DNA of 64,000 nt from Nitrospirota bacterium (GCA_963751455.1 CAVVUN010000015.1:96001-160000), one strand, 5' to 3'; numbered from the stretch's first letter, positions 10,337 through 20,238 are shown. Numbers and translations: made by a program. The notes: generated by a model not told the origin, from the letters alone.

Positions 10337-11071
10337 TTATATTTCGTTCTTATTGCGCGCCCGCTCGACTTCCGTCATTATTCCCCTGAAAATGCTTAGC
10401 TCTCTCGGATCGATCCGTGACCTGCCGAAGACCTGCCGCAAAGAAGACATCATGAGGTCCGGATGAGCACGATCAAGAAATCCTATATTTTCCAGCGTCC
10501 GCTGCAGCTGTACGTAAAACGCCTCAAGCTGGTCTTCCCGGGCAAGTTCCCGGACTTGAACCAGCCGGCTGTTTCCGGAAGCGAGAAACAGTTCATAAAT
10601 AATGATCAAGACGGCATGTGAAAGATTCAGCGAAGGAAAATCGGGAGAGGACGGAATGTAGACCTGTTCATGGCAAAGGGCCAGATGGTCCTGCTCGAGC
10701 CCGTTCACTTCATTTCCGAACACGAAGCATACCCTGTTCCGGTCGAGCAGGGGAATCACCTCTTCAGCCGTTTCGCGCGGTGTACGGACGTTCCTGCGCC
10801 GCCTGTTCTGATGACGCGACGTTCCTATAACCATGTTCTGGTCGGCCACTGCCTGCCGGAGCGAGTCGAAGACGGCGGCCTTGTCCAGAATTGCCTCCGC
10901 ACCCGCAGCAAGTCTCCGGGCGTCTCCGTTCCTGTCCTTTGGCGGATCAACAAGCACGAGGCGGGATAGTCCCATATTCATCATGCATCGGGCGACCGCG
11001 CCGATGTTTGCCGGAGTTTTCGTGTCAACGAGTACGATGCTGACATGTTCAAGTCGATTGCCTGCTGGCAT
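10337..11071 (-). CDS. trmJ: SPOUT RNA methyltransferase, TrmJ/LasT family
   Basis: PANIGAVARCMMNMG, VFGNEVNGL, PSLNLSHAV; start may be 11071 or 11110. Confidence 0.88.
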   Translation of the reverse strand: MPAGNRLEHVSIVLVDTKTPANIGAVARCMMNMGLSRLVLVDPPKDRNGDARRLAAGAEAILDKAAVFDSLRQAVADQNMVIGTSRHQNRRRRNVRTPRETAEEVIPLLDRNRVCFVFGNEVNGLEQDHLALCHEQVYIPSSPDFPSLNLSHAVLIIIYELFLASGNSRLVQVRELAREDQLEAFYVQLQRTLENIGFLDRAHPDLMMSSLRQVFGRSRIDPRELSIFRGIMTEVERARNKNEI

Positions 11072-11257
11072 GATGTCCCCCGTGGAGTAATTTATTCCGG
11101 CTGTTTCCATCCAGCCGTTGTCTATTATAAAGGATGCGGAGCAGAACCCTCAAGCATAATCTTTGTCTAATTCCTGCAATCTCTCTTTAACTATTTCAAC
11201 AATTGTGAAATGAATCAATCCGCAGTTGAATCTTTTCCAGTCACGTATTCATTCCGA

Positions 11258-11286
11258 TTGACAATCACCATATGTACTGCTAAAGT
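11258..11286 (+). promoter_or_regulatory. Sigma70-type promoter
   Basis: TTGACA-17 nt-TAAAGT with TG extension, 10 nt upstream of ATG 11297. Confidence 0.6.
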
Positions 11287-11296
11287 GTTCAGAATT

Positions 11297-12070
11297 ATGA
11301 GCATCCTGGCGATATCGCTCCAGTCCGGCAGCAACGGCAACTGCATTTATGTGGAGTCCTGCGGCGTGAAACTCCTGTTCGACGCGGGCATTTCCGGGGT
11401 GCAGGCTGAAGAGCGGCTGGCAGCGCACGGCCGCGATATCCGGAAAGTGGATGCTGTCATTATTTCTCATGACCACGGAGATCATATTCGGCATGCAGGC
11501 ATCTTCCAGCGCAAATATGGCCTTCCCCTTTATGTTACACCCGCCACGCTCGCGGCAGCTTCGAGCCGGACCACCCTGGGGAAGCTCAAAGACGTGCGCC
11601 ATTTTCGCTCGAGCGACAAACTGAAGTTCGGCGATGTTCTCGTCCATGCCGTTCCCACGCCCCATGACGGCGTTGATGGAGCAGTGTTTATCATTGAAGC
11701 AGGTTCAAAGCGGCTCGGAATCCTGACCGACCTCGGCCATGTCTTTCAGGGACTGATACATCTCGTATCCTCACTCGATGCGGTGTTCCTCGAGAGTAAT
11801 TACGACGAAGATATGCTCGCCGCTGGACCGTATCCCCATTATTTGAAGCAGCGAATCAGGGGACCGAAAGGACACCTCTCCAACAAGGAGGCGGCCGAGC
11901 TTCTCCGCCGGGCAATCGAATCGAAGCGCCTTAAGTGGGCCTGCCTTTCGCACCTTTCGGAGCAGAACAACCATCCCGACCTGGCTCTCAAGACCCACCG
12001 TGCGGTCGTGACCGACATGACGCTCTATACCGCGGACCGCTACAGGGTCTCCAACATTTTTACGGTATAA
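11297..12070 (+). CDS. MBL-fold metallo-hydrolase (YycJ/WalJ-like)
   Basis: SGSNGNC, SHDHGDH, TDLG, LESNYD, GHLSN, HLSEQNN. Confidence 0.9.
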   Translation: MSILAISLQSGSNGNCIYVESCGVKLLFDAGISGVQAEERLAAHGRDIRKVDAVIISHDHGDHIRHAGIFQRKYGLPLYVTPATLAAASSRTTLGKLKDVRHFRSSDKLKFGDVLVHAVPTPHDGVDGAVFIIEAGSKRLGILTDLGHVFQGLIHLVSSLDAVFLESNYDEDMLAAGPYPHYLKQRIRGPKGHLSNKEAAELLRRAIESKRLKWACLSHLSEQNNHPDLALKTHRAVVTDMTLYTADRYRVSNIFTV

Positions 12071-12128
12071 TAGGCCGGTCACTGTGCAGATGGACCAGAA
12101 GTTATTCTCTTTTTGAAAGGAAGGACGC

Positions 12129-13037
12129 ATGGGAGTTCTTGACAGTATCGGAAATACGCCGCTCGTGAAACTCGAAAGGCTGAACACGAATCCGTCGGTC
12201 AATATCTTTGCGAAACTCGAAGGCAATAATCCCGGGGGATCGGTCAAAGACCGTATCGCCCATTTCATGATCAAAGAAGCTGAAAAGACGGGACGGATAA
12301 AAAAGGGAGACACGGTACTCGAAGCGACCTCCGGGAACACCGGAATCGGTCTGGCCATGGTCAGCGCTGCTCTCGGATACAAGGTCATACTCGTAATGCC
12401 GGCATGCGTCAGCCTCGAACGCCGGAAGATCCTCGAAGCCTTCGGCGCCGAATTGATTCTCAGTCCGGGCGAGCAGGGTACGGACGGTGCGATCAAGCTT
12501 TGCCGCAAAATGCATGAAGACGCGCCAGATAAATACTTCATGCCGAACCAGTTCGACAATCCCGCAAATATTCTCGCGCACTATGAGACCACCGGACCGG
12601 AAATCATAGAGCAGACGAAGGGCACGATCACCGCCTTTGTCGCCGGAATGGGCACGACCGGAACGCTGATGGGCGCCGGAAAACGCCTGAAGGAATTCAA
12701 CGCAAATATCAGGATCATAGGGATAGAGCCCCCTCTCGGGCACAAAATCCAGGGCCTCAAGAACATGCAGGAATCGATCGTTCCAAGAATTTACAATCCC
12801 TCCTTCCCTGACGAGATTGTTAATGTGAACGACAATGATGCCTTTGCCACAACGCGCCGGCTCGCTCTCGAGGAAGGCATTTTCGCGGGGATGAGCAGCG
12901 GCGCAGCGGTCTTCGGAGCTCTCGTCGTTGCCGCACGGCTCCGGCAGGGAACTGTAGTTGTTATTCTTCCCGACCGGGGGGACCGGTACCTGAGCACCGC
13001 CCTGTTTACCTCTGTCTGCGCAAAATGTCCGCCGTGA
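12129..13037 (+). CDS. cysM: PLP-dependent cysteine synthase (CysM/CysK family)
   Basis: IGNTPLV, NPGGSVKDR, EATSGNTG, GMGTTGT, PDRGDRYLS; CAKC tail. Confidence 0.85.
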   Translation: MGVLDSIGNTPLVKLERLNTNPSVNIFAKLEGNNPGGSVKDRIAHFMIKEAEKTGRIKKGDTVLEATSGNTGIGLAMVSAALGYKVILVMPACVSLERRKILEAFGAELILSPGEQGTDGAIKLCRKMHEDAPDKYFMPNQFDNPANILAHYETTGPEIIEQTKGTITAFVAGMGTTGTLMGAGKRLKEFNANIRIIGIEPPLGHKIQGLKNMQESIVPRIYNPSFPDEIVNVNDNDAFATTRRLALEEGIFAGMSSGAAVFGALVVAARLRQGTVVVILPDRGDRYLSTALFTSVCAKCPP

Positions 13038-13080
13038 TAAGCGAATGTCACTCCGCACGTCATTGAAGTCAAAAGCGGTC

Positions 13081-13168
13081 ACCGCGAAGGCGCTAAGGTC
13101 GCAAAGGGAAAACCTTAATTCGAATTTTTAGATCAATAAAAACTTCGCGTCCTTTGCGGCTTAGCGGT
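13081..13168. repeat. 9-nt-period inverted repeat hairpin (CGC(A/G)AAG family)
   Basis: accgcgaaggcgctaaggtcgcaaagg ... cttcgcgtcctttgcggcttagcggt. Confidence 0.85.
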
Positions 13169-13266
13169 TCAAGATTTTGGCTTTACCTCTTGGTCTGAGC
13201 CTGCCTTGGTCATACTTAACCCCTAAATTGCTTTGCGCAACTCTTTCCAGAATAGTATAATCACGT

Positions 13267-14989
13267 ATGTCTCGGAAACTGAAAGAAAAAGCTGATGCCG
13301 TGCTTGCTACCGAGCGCGGTACTATTCATAAAGCGCGCGGGGCCGACGTCAGCATCGCGCTTGCCTACCCGAATACCTATCACGTCGGCATGTCGAATCT
13401 CGGAGTCCATCAGATATACTCGGTTCTGAACGCCCGGCCGGACACGGTCTGCGAACGGGTTTTTTTGCCTGATGATGAAGATATCGAGGAATATCGAAAG
13501 ACGGGTACAAAACTCTTCACGCTTGAGAGCAAGCGGCCCGTAAAGGACTTTGACGTACTCGCCTTTTCGGTCTCTTTTGAACAGGATTACCTGAATATTC
13601 TTCAGATACTCGACCTCTCCGGCATTCCCATCGATAAAAAAGACAGGACAGAGGACGATCCGCTTGTTATGCTCGGGGGCATCTGCTCCTTCTTTAACCC
13701 GGAGCCGCTCGCGGACTTCTTCGACGTGATTCTTGTCGGCGAGGGTGAAGAGATGGCTGGAGAATTCGTCGATGTTTATAGAAAGACCGACTCAAAAAAC
13801 CGGGAGGACGTGCTGCGGGCTGCAAGCATTGTTCCTGGTGTTTATGTTCCGGATTTTTATGATGTCATCTACGAAGGAAATATAATCAGAGCGGAAGAAA
13901 CGTGAAGCTTCGGCCCCTGACAGCATCACAAAACGCACTGTCAAGGACTTCAACCGGACGCCGGCGGCCAGCGTGATCCTGACTCCTGACACCGAATTCA
14001 GCGACATGTATCTTTCTGAGATAACGCGCGGATGCGGACGGCATTGCCGTTTTTGCATGGCAGGATACATCTATCTTCCTCCCCGGAATCTGAATATTGA
14101 GAGAGCAAAAGAACAAGCGGGAAAGGCAGACGATATTTGCGGGAAAATCGGCCTTGTTGGCGCGGCGCTGTCGGATTATCCAGACATAGTCGAGATGTGC
14201 GCCGCGATAGAGGGAGGGGTTTCAGTTTCGTCGCTCAGGGCGGATTCCGTGGGCGAGGCGTTGATTGACCGGCTGGCAAAGAGCGGTCATAAGACCATCT
14301 CCATAGCGCCGGAGGCGGGATCGGAACGGCTCAGGAAAGTGATCAACAAGGGAGTAACCGAGGAAGATATTCTTCGGGCTGCGGACATGATCTTCAGACA
14401 CGGCATACCAAACTTGAAGCTCTATTTCATTCTGGGCCTGCCCACCGAGACGCAGGAAGACGTAGAGGCAATCGGTTCGCTGGCCCGTAAAGTTAGGGAA
14501 GTTCAGCTCAAGCATGCAAGAGCCGCAGGGAAGATCGGCAGGATTACGCTCTCGGTTAATTCATTCGTTCCAAAGCCGTTTACGCCGTTCCAGTGGGAGC
14601 CCATGGAAGCCGTGGATCTTCTCAACAGGAAGATGCGCTTCCTCAAAAAGCAGGTCCGGAACATAGGCAATATGAATCTGATCCACGATCTTCCAAAATG
14701 GGCATATATCCAGGCGCTGCTTTCCCGCGGCGACCGCCGCGTTGGAGCGCTGATCCGCGTTGCTTTCGAGAAGCAAGGTGACTGGAAAGCAGCCGCTCGC
14801 GAGTTGGGCCTTGACATGGACGCTTACGTTCTGAGACGCCGCGATTTCAGCGAGGCGCTGCCCTGGGATTTTATTGACATCGGTGTGAGGAAAGATTATC
14901 TTAGAAACGAATACGAGCGGGCGCTGGAAGGCAAATTCACGCCGGTCTGCAGAGTAGGCTCGTGCAAGACGTGCGGAGTGTGTAAATAA
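13267..14989 (+). pseudogene. Radical SAM protein (TIGR03960-like), split by a frameshift at about 13886-13902
   Basis: 5' ORF (YPNTYHVGMSNLG, CERVFLP) stops at 13905; the +1 frame is open from 13886 and holds EITRGCGRHCRFC, APEAGSERLR, FVPKPFTPFQW and a Cys-rich tail. Confidence 0.8.
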
Positions 14990-15012
14990 AATGGTTCTTA
15001 ATGAGCCCGATT

Positions 15013-15142
15013 TTGATAGATTCGTAAATGATCTCTGTCTCACACAAAGACACGAAGGCACGAAGAAAAAATGAATTTCAGGTCTGTTCTCTGTGGCTTT
15101 GTGACTTCGTGTGAAAACAGATTTCTTAAGATTTTTTATCAA
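15013..15142. repeat. 9-nt-period hairpin (CAC(A/G)AAG family, 15040-15114) inside an outer imperfect inverted repeat
   Basis: tcacacaaagacacgaaggcacgaag ... ctgtggctttgtgacttcgtgtga; outer ttgatagattcgtaa / ttaagattttttatcaa. Confidence 0.75.
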
Positions 15143-15172
15143 AATTGAAATCAGCATCGATGGGTCATATAC

Positions 15173-15928
15173 ATGAAAGAGGATGCACATCAGGTTGGAA
15201 TAAGCATAGCGATTCCCGCGCTCGACAAACTGGGCATGATACAATATGCCTTTACGACCCGGCAGAACGGCCTTGGAGCACGGATCCACGGGATAAAACA
15301 GGCTGACGATTGGAAGCCGGTTGCGGAGCAGTTCGGCATCAATTCGGACCGGCTGGTTACCGTAAACCAGGTTCACGGAGAGACGGTCGTTCACGTTGAA
15401 GGCTCCAACTATAAAAGCATGCGGTCCACGGAAGCAGATGCGATTATCACCGGTGAACGTGGACTTGCGATCGGCATTGAAACAGCCGACTGTGTACCGG
15501 TCCTGCTCGTCGATCCGGTAAAACCGGCGGTCGGCGCTGTTCATGCCGGCTGGCGAAGCACTGTCGGGAAGATCGTGCAGAAGGCCGTCGTAAAGATGCA
15601 GAACGAGTTCGGCTCCGATCCTGAGCGGATCATTGCGGCAATCGGACCGGCAATTTGTCCCGAGTGCTATGAGGTGGATGAGCCAGTGATGGGGCCGTTA
15701 AGGGAAACCTTTTCATTTTGGGAAGAAATCGCGTCATCTCGCTGGAATGGCCGTTGGAGTCTGGATTTAGCTAAATTAAACCGGATTGAGCTTATACAAG
15801 CAGGGCTCTCCGAAATCAACGTTTATTCCTTCGGATTGTGCACCTGCTGCATGTCGGACTTGTTTTATTCATTCAGGCGCGAAGGCCGGACCGGCAGGAT
15901 GCTGTCGGTGGTGATGATAAAATCTTAA
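15173..15928 (+). CDS. pgeF: Peptidoglycan editing factor PgeF (YfiH/YlmD family)
   Basis: NQVHG, ADAIIT, TADCVPVLL, VHAGWR, IGPAIC..CYEV, FYSFRR. Confidence 0.93.
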   Translation: MKEDAHQVGISIAIPALDKLGMIQYAFTTRQNGLGARIHGIKQADDWKPVAEQFGINSDRLVTVNQVHGETVVHVEGSNYKSMRSTEADAIITGERGLAIGIETADCVPVLLVDPVKPAVGAVHAGWRSTVGKIVQKAVVKMQNEFGSDPERIIAAIGPAICPECYEVDEPVMGPLRETFSFWEEIASSRWNGRWSLDLAKLNRIELIQAGLSEINVYSFGLCTCCMSDLFYSFRREGRTGRMLSVVMIKS

Positions 15929-15937
15929 AGCCTCTTT

Positions 15938-16038
15938 TCTCGCAAAGGCGCAATGGTCGCAAAGAAAAGCAAAAGAAATGGATCTTTATAAAATATCTTT
16001 AAAAGTCTTTCTTGACGTTCTTTGCGAGCTTTGCGAGA
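15938..16038. repeat. 9-nt-period inverted repeat hairpin
   Basis: tctcgcaaaggcgcaatggtcgcaaag ... ctttgcgagctttgcgaga. Confidence 0.85.
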
Positions 16039-16049
16039 GATGAATTTTT

Positions 16050-16763
16050 ATGTCGATAGCGGACAACCTCAAGACGGTAACAGACAGGATCGCATCGGCA
16101 GCCAGGCGCTCAGGCCGGGACCCCTCGTCCGTGAAGCTGGTTGTGGTTACCAAGACTGTTGATGTTGACAGGATCCGCGAGGCAGTAGCAGCAGGTGGCA
16201 TGCTCCTGGGTGAAAACCGTGTCCAGGAAGCAAAGGACAAGATCGAAAAACTCGGACGGCTTGCCTCCTGGCACCTGATCGGGCATCTCCAGACGAACAA
16301 GGCAAAGTATGCGGTAAAGCTCTTTGACGTGATTCATTCCGTTGACAATATCGGCCTGGCTAAGGAAATAGACGTGCAAGCGGCCAGGATAAACAAGGTC
16401 CAGGATGTCCTGATCGAGATAAGCATTGCCGGAGAGGCGAGTAAGGCGGGGGTGGCGGCAGACCAGGCGCTGTACCTGGTGGCAGAAGCCGCAAAACTGA
16501 AGCACATTTCTATCAAGGGCTTAATGACCATGCCGCCCTTTTCGGACAACCCGGAAAACTCGCGTCCGTATTTCAGGAAATTGAAAGAATTGACAAGGCA
16601 GATCGGGAAAGAGAATCTCCCGGGTGTTTCCATGGATGAGCTTTCAATGGGAATGAGCGGCGATTTCGAGGTCGCCATAGAAGAAGGGGCGACCTTGGTG
16701 CGCGTGGGTACGGCGATATTTGGGGAGAGGTCAGGACATATGCAAAGTGAAAATTGCATCTAA
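16050..16763 (+). CDS. yggS: PLP homeostasis protein YggS
   Basis: VVVTK, GENRVQE, WHLIGHLQTNK, LSMGMSGDF, VRVGTAIFG. Confidence 0.95.
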   Translation: MSIADNLKTVTDRIASAARRSGRDPSSVKLVVVTKTVDVDRIREAVAAGGMLLGENRVQEAKDKIEKLGRLASWHLIGHLQTNKAKYAVKLFDVIHSVDNIGLAKEIDVQAARINKVQDVLIEISIAGEASKAGVAADQALYLVAEAAKLKHISIKGLMTMPPFSDNPENSRPYFRKLKELTRQIGKENLPGVSMDELSMGMSGDFEVAIEEGATLVRVGTAIFGERSGHMQSENCI

Positions 16764-16907
16764 AACCGTCTCTGTCTCACACAAAGACACTAAGGCACGA
16801 AGGGATGCCAGAAACAAATTATTTTCTTTGTGTCTTCGTGGCTCCGTGTGAATACCATATTTTGATTCATCTTTTCAATTTGCACTTTGCGATCTGCTAT
16901 TTGCAAT
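16740..16907. repeat. Nested repeats: heptamer hairpin enclosing a 9-nt-period hairpin (16777-16851)
   Basis: Outer atgcaaagtgaaaattgca / ttttcaatttgcactttgcgatctgctatttgcaat; inner left arm differs from 15032-15065 at one base. Confidence 0.8.
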
Positions 16908-16931
16908 AAAAATGATCTCCGTGGAGGACCT

Positions 16932-17744
16932 ATGTCGTTAGATAAAAAGATCGCATTCCTTGGCGGCGGCAACATGGCGGAAGCCTTGCTTAAAGGCCTG
17001 ATCGCCGCGGGTACGGCCAAACCTGATCAGGTTCTCGTGTCCGATATCTTTCCCGACCGGCTGGAGCATCTGCGGAAGACGTATGGTATTATAATACAAC
17101 GGAACAATATTGATGCTGCCCGCGAGGCCGGGATAGTGCTTCTGAGCGTTAAGCCCCAGGTCATCGAAAAAGTGATGACCGAGATAGCGCCGGCAATGGA
17201 CGATACAAAGCTCGTGATCTCGATTGCCGCCGGAGTAACGATCGGCCGGATGGAAAAGGCGCTTGGGGAGAAAACGCGCGTAGTCCGCGTTATGCCGAAC
17301 ACTCCGGCGCTCGTAATGGCAGGAGCAGCGGGTATCGCAGCGGGAAAGAACGCAAACTCTGACGATATCTCCCTGGTCCAGCTGATATTCAGCTCGGTCG
17401 GGCGGTCCGTGGTCGTAGACGAAAAGCTGATGGATGCGGTTACCGGGCTTTCAGGCAGCGGGCCTGCCTACGTATTTATGATCATTGATGCGCTTTCGGA
17501 TGCCGGGGTAAAGGAAGGGCTCCCTCGCGCCCTGGCTTTAGAACTTGCCGCGCAGACTGTATACGGTTCCGCGAAGATGGTGCTCGAGACGAAAGAGCAT
17601 CCCGGAAAACTGAGGGACATGGTTACCTCACCCGGCGGAACGACCATTGAAGGTTTGCATGCGCTCGAAAAAGGGAAACTGCGCGCCACGCTTATGAACG
17701 CAGTTGAGGCGGCTACGGCAAGGAGCAAGGAACTGGGAAAGTAA
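16932..17744 (+). CDS. proC: Pyrroline-5-carboxylate reductase
   Basis: FLGGGNMA, VKPQ, RVMPNTP, LSGSGPAY, VTSPGGTT; GGAGG RBS before ATG 16932. Confidence 0.96.
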   Translation: MSLDKKIAFLGGGNMAEALLKGLIAAGTAKPDQVLVSDIFPDRLEHLRKTYGIIIQRNNIDAAREAGIVLLSVKPQVIEKVMTEIAPAMDDTKLVISIAAGVTIGRMEKALGEKTRVVRVMPNTPALVMAGAAGIAAGKNANSDDISLVQLIFSSVGRSVVVDEKLMDAVTGLSGSGPAYVFMIIDALSDAGVKEGLPRALALELAAQTVYGSAKMVLETKEHPGKLRDMVTSPGGTTIEGLHALEKGKLRATLMNAVEAATARSKELGK

Positions 17745-17803
17745 GAAACCGACAGACAAGCGACGTGAAGCGACGGAACCGACGTGTAACAGAGAGGCGA
17801 GCA

Positions 17804-18178
17804 TTGGGGAACATTCAGAGCCATAAAGATCTGCACGTATGGCAGGATGCAATGGATGGAGCCATGGAGATTTATGCCATTACCAAAGCATTTCCCCCTG
17901 ACGAGAAGTATTCTCTTGTGGACCAAATCCGGAGATCGTCTCGGTCGGTTGCTGCGAATCTTGCCGAAGCGTGGAGAAAGCGAAGATATGAGGCAGCATT
18001 TAAGAGCAAGTTGAATGATGCAGAAGCAGAAGCGTCCGAAACGCAAACATGGATAGAAGTAGCGCTTCGGTGTTCTTATATTGACAAGCAAACTGCAGAT
18101 AAACTGGATCAGAAATACGAGCATATTCTGACGAGGTTAGTTTCCATGAGTCGGGATGTCGGGAATTGGACGCTGTAA
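17804..18178 (+). CDS. Four-helix-bundle protein (23S rRNA-IVP/TIGR02436-like)
   Basis: DLHVWQ, FPPDEKYSLVDQIRRSSRSVAANLAEAW, EASETQTW; TTG start inferred from AGAGG upstream. Confidence 0.9.
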   Translation: MGNIQSHKDLHVWQDAMDGAMEIYAITKAFPPDEKYSLVDQIRRSSRSVAANLAEAWRKRRYEAAFKSKLNDAEAEASETQTWIEVALRCSYIDKQTADKLDQKYEHILTRLVSMSRDVGNWTL

Positions 18179-18310
18179 TGAAAATCGACAAGTATCGAGT
18201 TGAAGCGACGAAGATTCGACGTAAAGGCGACTGGCTCGCGGCATGTCGTTGTCAGGTCGGTGCAAGTCATCTCTAGTCGATTTTACGTCGGCTTTACAAA
18301 GGGAGGATCA

Positions 18311-18610
18311 ATGTTTGTCTTCGGAAATATAATTTTGGGAATTGCAAAGGTTCTTGATGTTGCATTGAACATCTATCTTTGGGTCATTATTATTCGGGCC
18401 CTTATCTCATGGGTGAATCCTGATCAATTTAATCCCATCGTGCAGTTTCTTCAGCGGTCAACTGAACCGGTGCTTCGTCCGATCAGAAAGCTTGCGCCGC
18501 CTTATAAGGTCGGAATAGATCTATCACCGCTGATCGCGATTCTTATCATTTACTTTTTACAATATGCAGTCGTGAACACACTGTATCGTATTGGCCGCTC
18601 GATGGGGTAG
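18311..18610 (+). CDS. yggT: YggT family membrane protein
   Basis: IIIRALISWV.PD..NPIVQFL...TEPVLRPIR, IDLSPL; GGGAGG RBS. Confidence 0.92.
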   Translation: MFVFGNIILGIAKVLDVALNIYLWVIIIRALISWVNPDQFNPIVQFLQRSTEPVLRPIRKLAPPYKVGIDLSPLIAILIIYFLQYAVVNTLYRIGRSMG

Positions 18611-18620
18611 GCCAGGCATA

Positions 18621-18801
18621 ATGGCCGCAAAGGGGCACAAAAAACGCCAGAAAAAGACGAACGGTAGTTGGACGCAGATAAAGGCGGAAAAGGCGGATCA
18701 AACGGATTATTGATGAAACAAGTATCCACCTGATTTTTCATAAGGAAAGTTTGATTTGTTATCTGTTTCTATCCGATGTTAACAGATTCTTCCGCGTCCA
18801 A
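18621..18801. repeat. Two adjacent short-period repeat elements (GC(A/G)GAT-type hairpin at 18668-18801)
   Basis: ttggacgcagataaaggcggaaaaggcggatc ... atctgtttctatccgatg...ttccgcgtccaa; also atggccgcaaaggggcacaaaaaacgcc, resembling 45843-45876. Confidence 0.7.
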
Positions 18802-18860
18802 ATGCTCTCGATAGGTTTTTTGAGGCTCAAAATAATTGGTTTTTTGCGGGAGGCATAAAT

Positions 18861-19340
18861 ATGAACATTACTCCGCTCGATATACAGCAGAAGCGGTTTC
18901 ATATGGGCTTTCGAGGTTACGAACGAAGCGAGGTGGATTCCTTTCTCGATATGGTACGCGAGGAAATGGAGGCTCTGCTTCGCGAAGTCACGGAGCTGCG
19001 CGAGTTCCAGCAGACCTATGAAACACGAATGCAAGAGCTGAACCAGCGGGAAGAGACGGTCAAGAACACAATGATCATGACTCAAAAGCTTGCGGAAGAC
19101 CTCAAGGAAAACGCTCGCAAGGAAGCGGCTCTGATCGTAAAAGATTCGGAACTCCGCAGCCAGCACATAACAGGCAACGCGCAGCAGGAGAAGGTGAAGC
19201 TGGAGTTCGAGATACAGGAGCTGAAGCGGCGGAAGCATCATTTTCTGCAGGACATCAAAAAAGTCATCGAGATGCACCTTGAGATGACGAAGTTTGAGGA
19301 AGGCGGCGATGAGACCCGCGAAGAAACCGCCAAGGGGTAA
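18861..19340 (+). CDS. divIVA: DivIVA domain protein
   Basis: ITPLDIQQKRF..GFRGY...EVDSFL followed by coiled coil. Confidence 0.9.
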   Translation: MNITPLDIQQKRFHMGFRGYERSEVDSFLDMVREEMEALLREVTELREFQQTYETRMQELNQREETVKNTMIMTQKLAEDLKENARKEAALIVKDSELRSQHITGNAQQEKVKLEFEIQELKRRKHHFLQDIKKVIEMHLEMTKFEEGGDETREETAKG

Positions 19341-19620
19341 GGCAAAAGCGGCAGCAGCCACTTTGTCGGTACGCATACAGCCGCGGGCGTCGAAGAACGA
19401 GGTCGTCAGCAGGGAAGGCGGCGTCAAGATCAGGCTCACTGCTCCGCCCGTTGACGGCGCGGCAAACGAGGCTTTGGTCCGGTTTTTGGCTGATACTCTT
19501 TGCGTATCAAAATCCCAGGTCGAGATCGTCTCGGGGCACACGGCGAGGGACAAAGTTGTCAAAATCAGCGGTATCGACAAGACCGCTGCGGAAACGATCT
19601 TGAATAAGGCAGCGAAATAG
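19309..19620 (+). CDS. yggU: DUF167/YggU family protein
   Basis: VRIQPRAS, LTAPPVDGAAN, IVSGHTARDK. Confidence 0.9.
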   Translation: MRPAKKPPRGKAKAAAATLSVRIQPRASKNEVVSREGGVKIRLTAPPVDGAANEALVRFLADTLCVSKSQVEIVSGHTARDKVVKISGIDKTAAETILNKAAK

Positions 19621-19676
19621 GTTATTATAAATTGTATTTTACAATGGCTATGAGCAGAGGGCTAGAAAGAATGTTC

Positions 19677-19790
19677 ACCGCTAAGAACGCAAAGGACGCG
19701 AAGGAAGGCAAAGGGCTTTGATCCTGGGTTTTGAAACCCAAAGAAAAGATTCTGATTCTGGTTTCCTGGCGACCTTCGCGCCTTCGCGGT
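19677..19790. repeat. 9-nt-period inverted repeat hairpin
   Basis: accgctaagaacgcaaaggacgcgaagg ... cctggcgaccttcgcgccttcgcggt. Confidence 0.85.
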
Positions 19791-19844
19791 AATCACGTTA
19801 GGTTTTAGCTGTTTTCTCTGTTTTAATTTAATACTTCTTCAAAA

Positions 19845-20199
19845 GGGGGCGACAGGCTTCGACGGGGACACAGAGGTCAGGAGTTGCATGCCGAGGTGCC
19901 ATGGGGTCTCGTTAAACACATGGCAAAATAGAACTGCCAATAACGAACTGGCATACGCAGCCTAATTAACTAGGTCGCGCGTCTCCCGGCTGCCGCCTGA
20001 GCGGCCGAAGGGATGTCACAATTCGGGCTGGTCTTCCTGTTATGTCCGGGGCTGGAAGATAAGATAATCCGGGCTGGCCGATTCCGGAGCTTTCCCCGAG
20101 GCGACTGAAAAGGCGAGAGCTTTAAACGAGGGGAAAAGCATGTATGAGCTTCTGTCTGACGGTTTTCGGACGTGGGTTCGAATCCCACCGCCTCCACCA
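19845..20199 (+). ncRNA. ssrA: tmRNA; tag (A)ANNELAYAA* at 19936-19965
   Basis: 5' GGGGGCGACAGGCTTCGACGGG, 3' T-arm GTGGGTTCGAATCCCAC and CGCCTCCACCA acceptor end; tag ORF ends YAA*. Confidence 0.97.
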
Positions 20200-20238
20200 A
20201 TTATAATCCAGTAAAATCCAGCAAAGTCGAATGTACTG

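Noticed and set aside
13903-13905. Selenocysteine readthrough of the TGA in the radical SAM gene
   Set aside because: The homologous continuation is in the +1 frame, so readthrough would not restore the protein.
17804-18178. Diversity-generating retroelement suggested by the Avd-like fold
   Set aside because: No reverse transcriptase and no template/variable repeat pair with adenine-specific mismatches in the window.
19970-20200. 76-aa minus-strand ORF MVEAVGFEPTS
   Set aside because: It is the antisense reading of the tmRNA 3' end.
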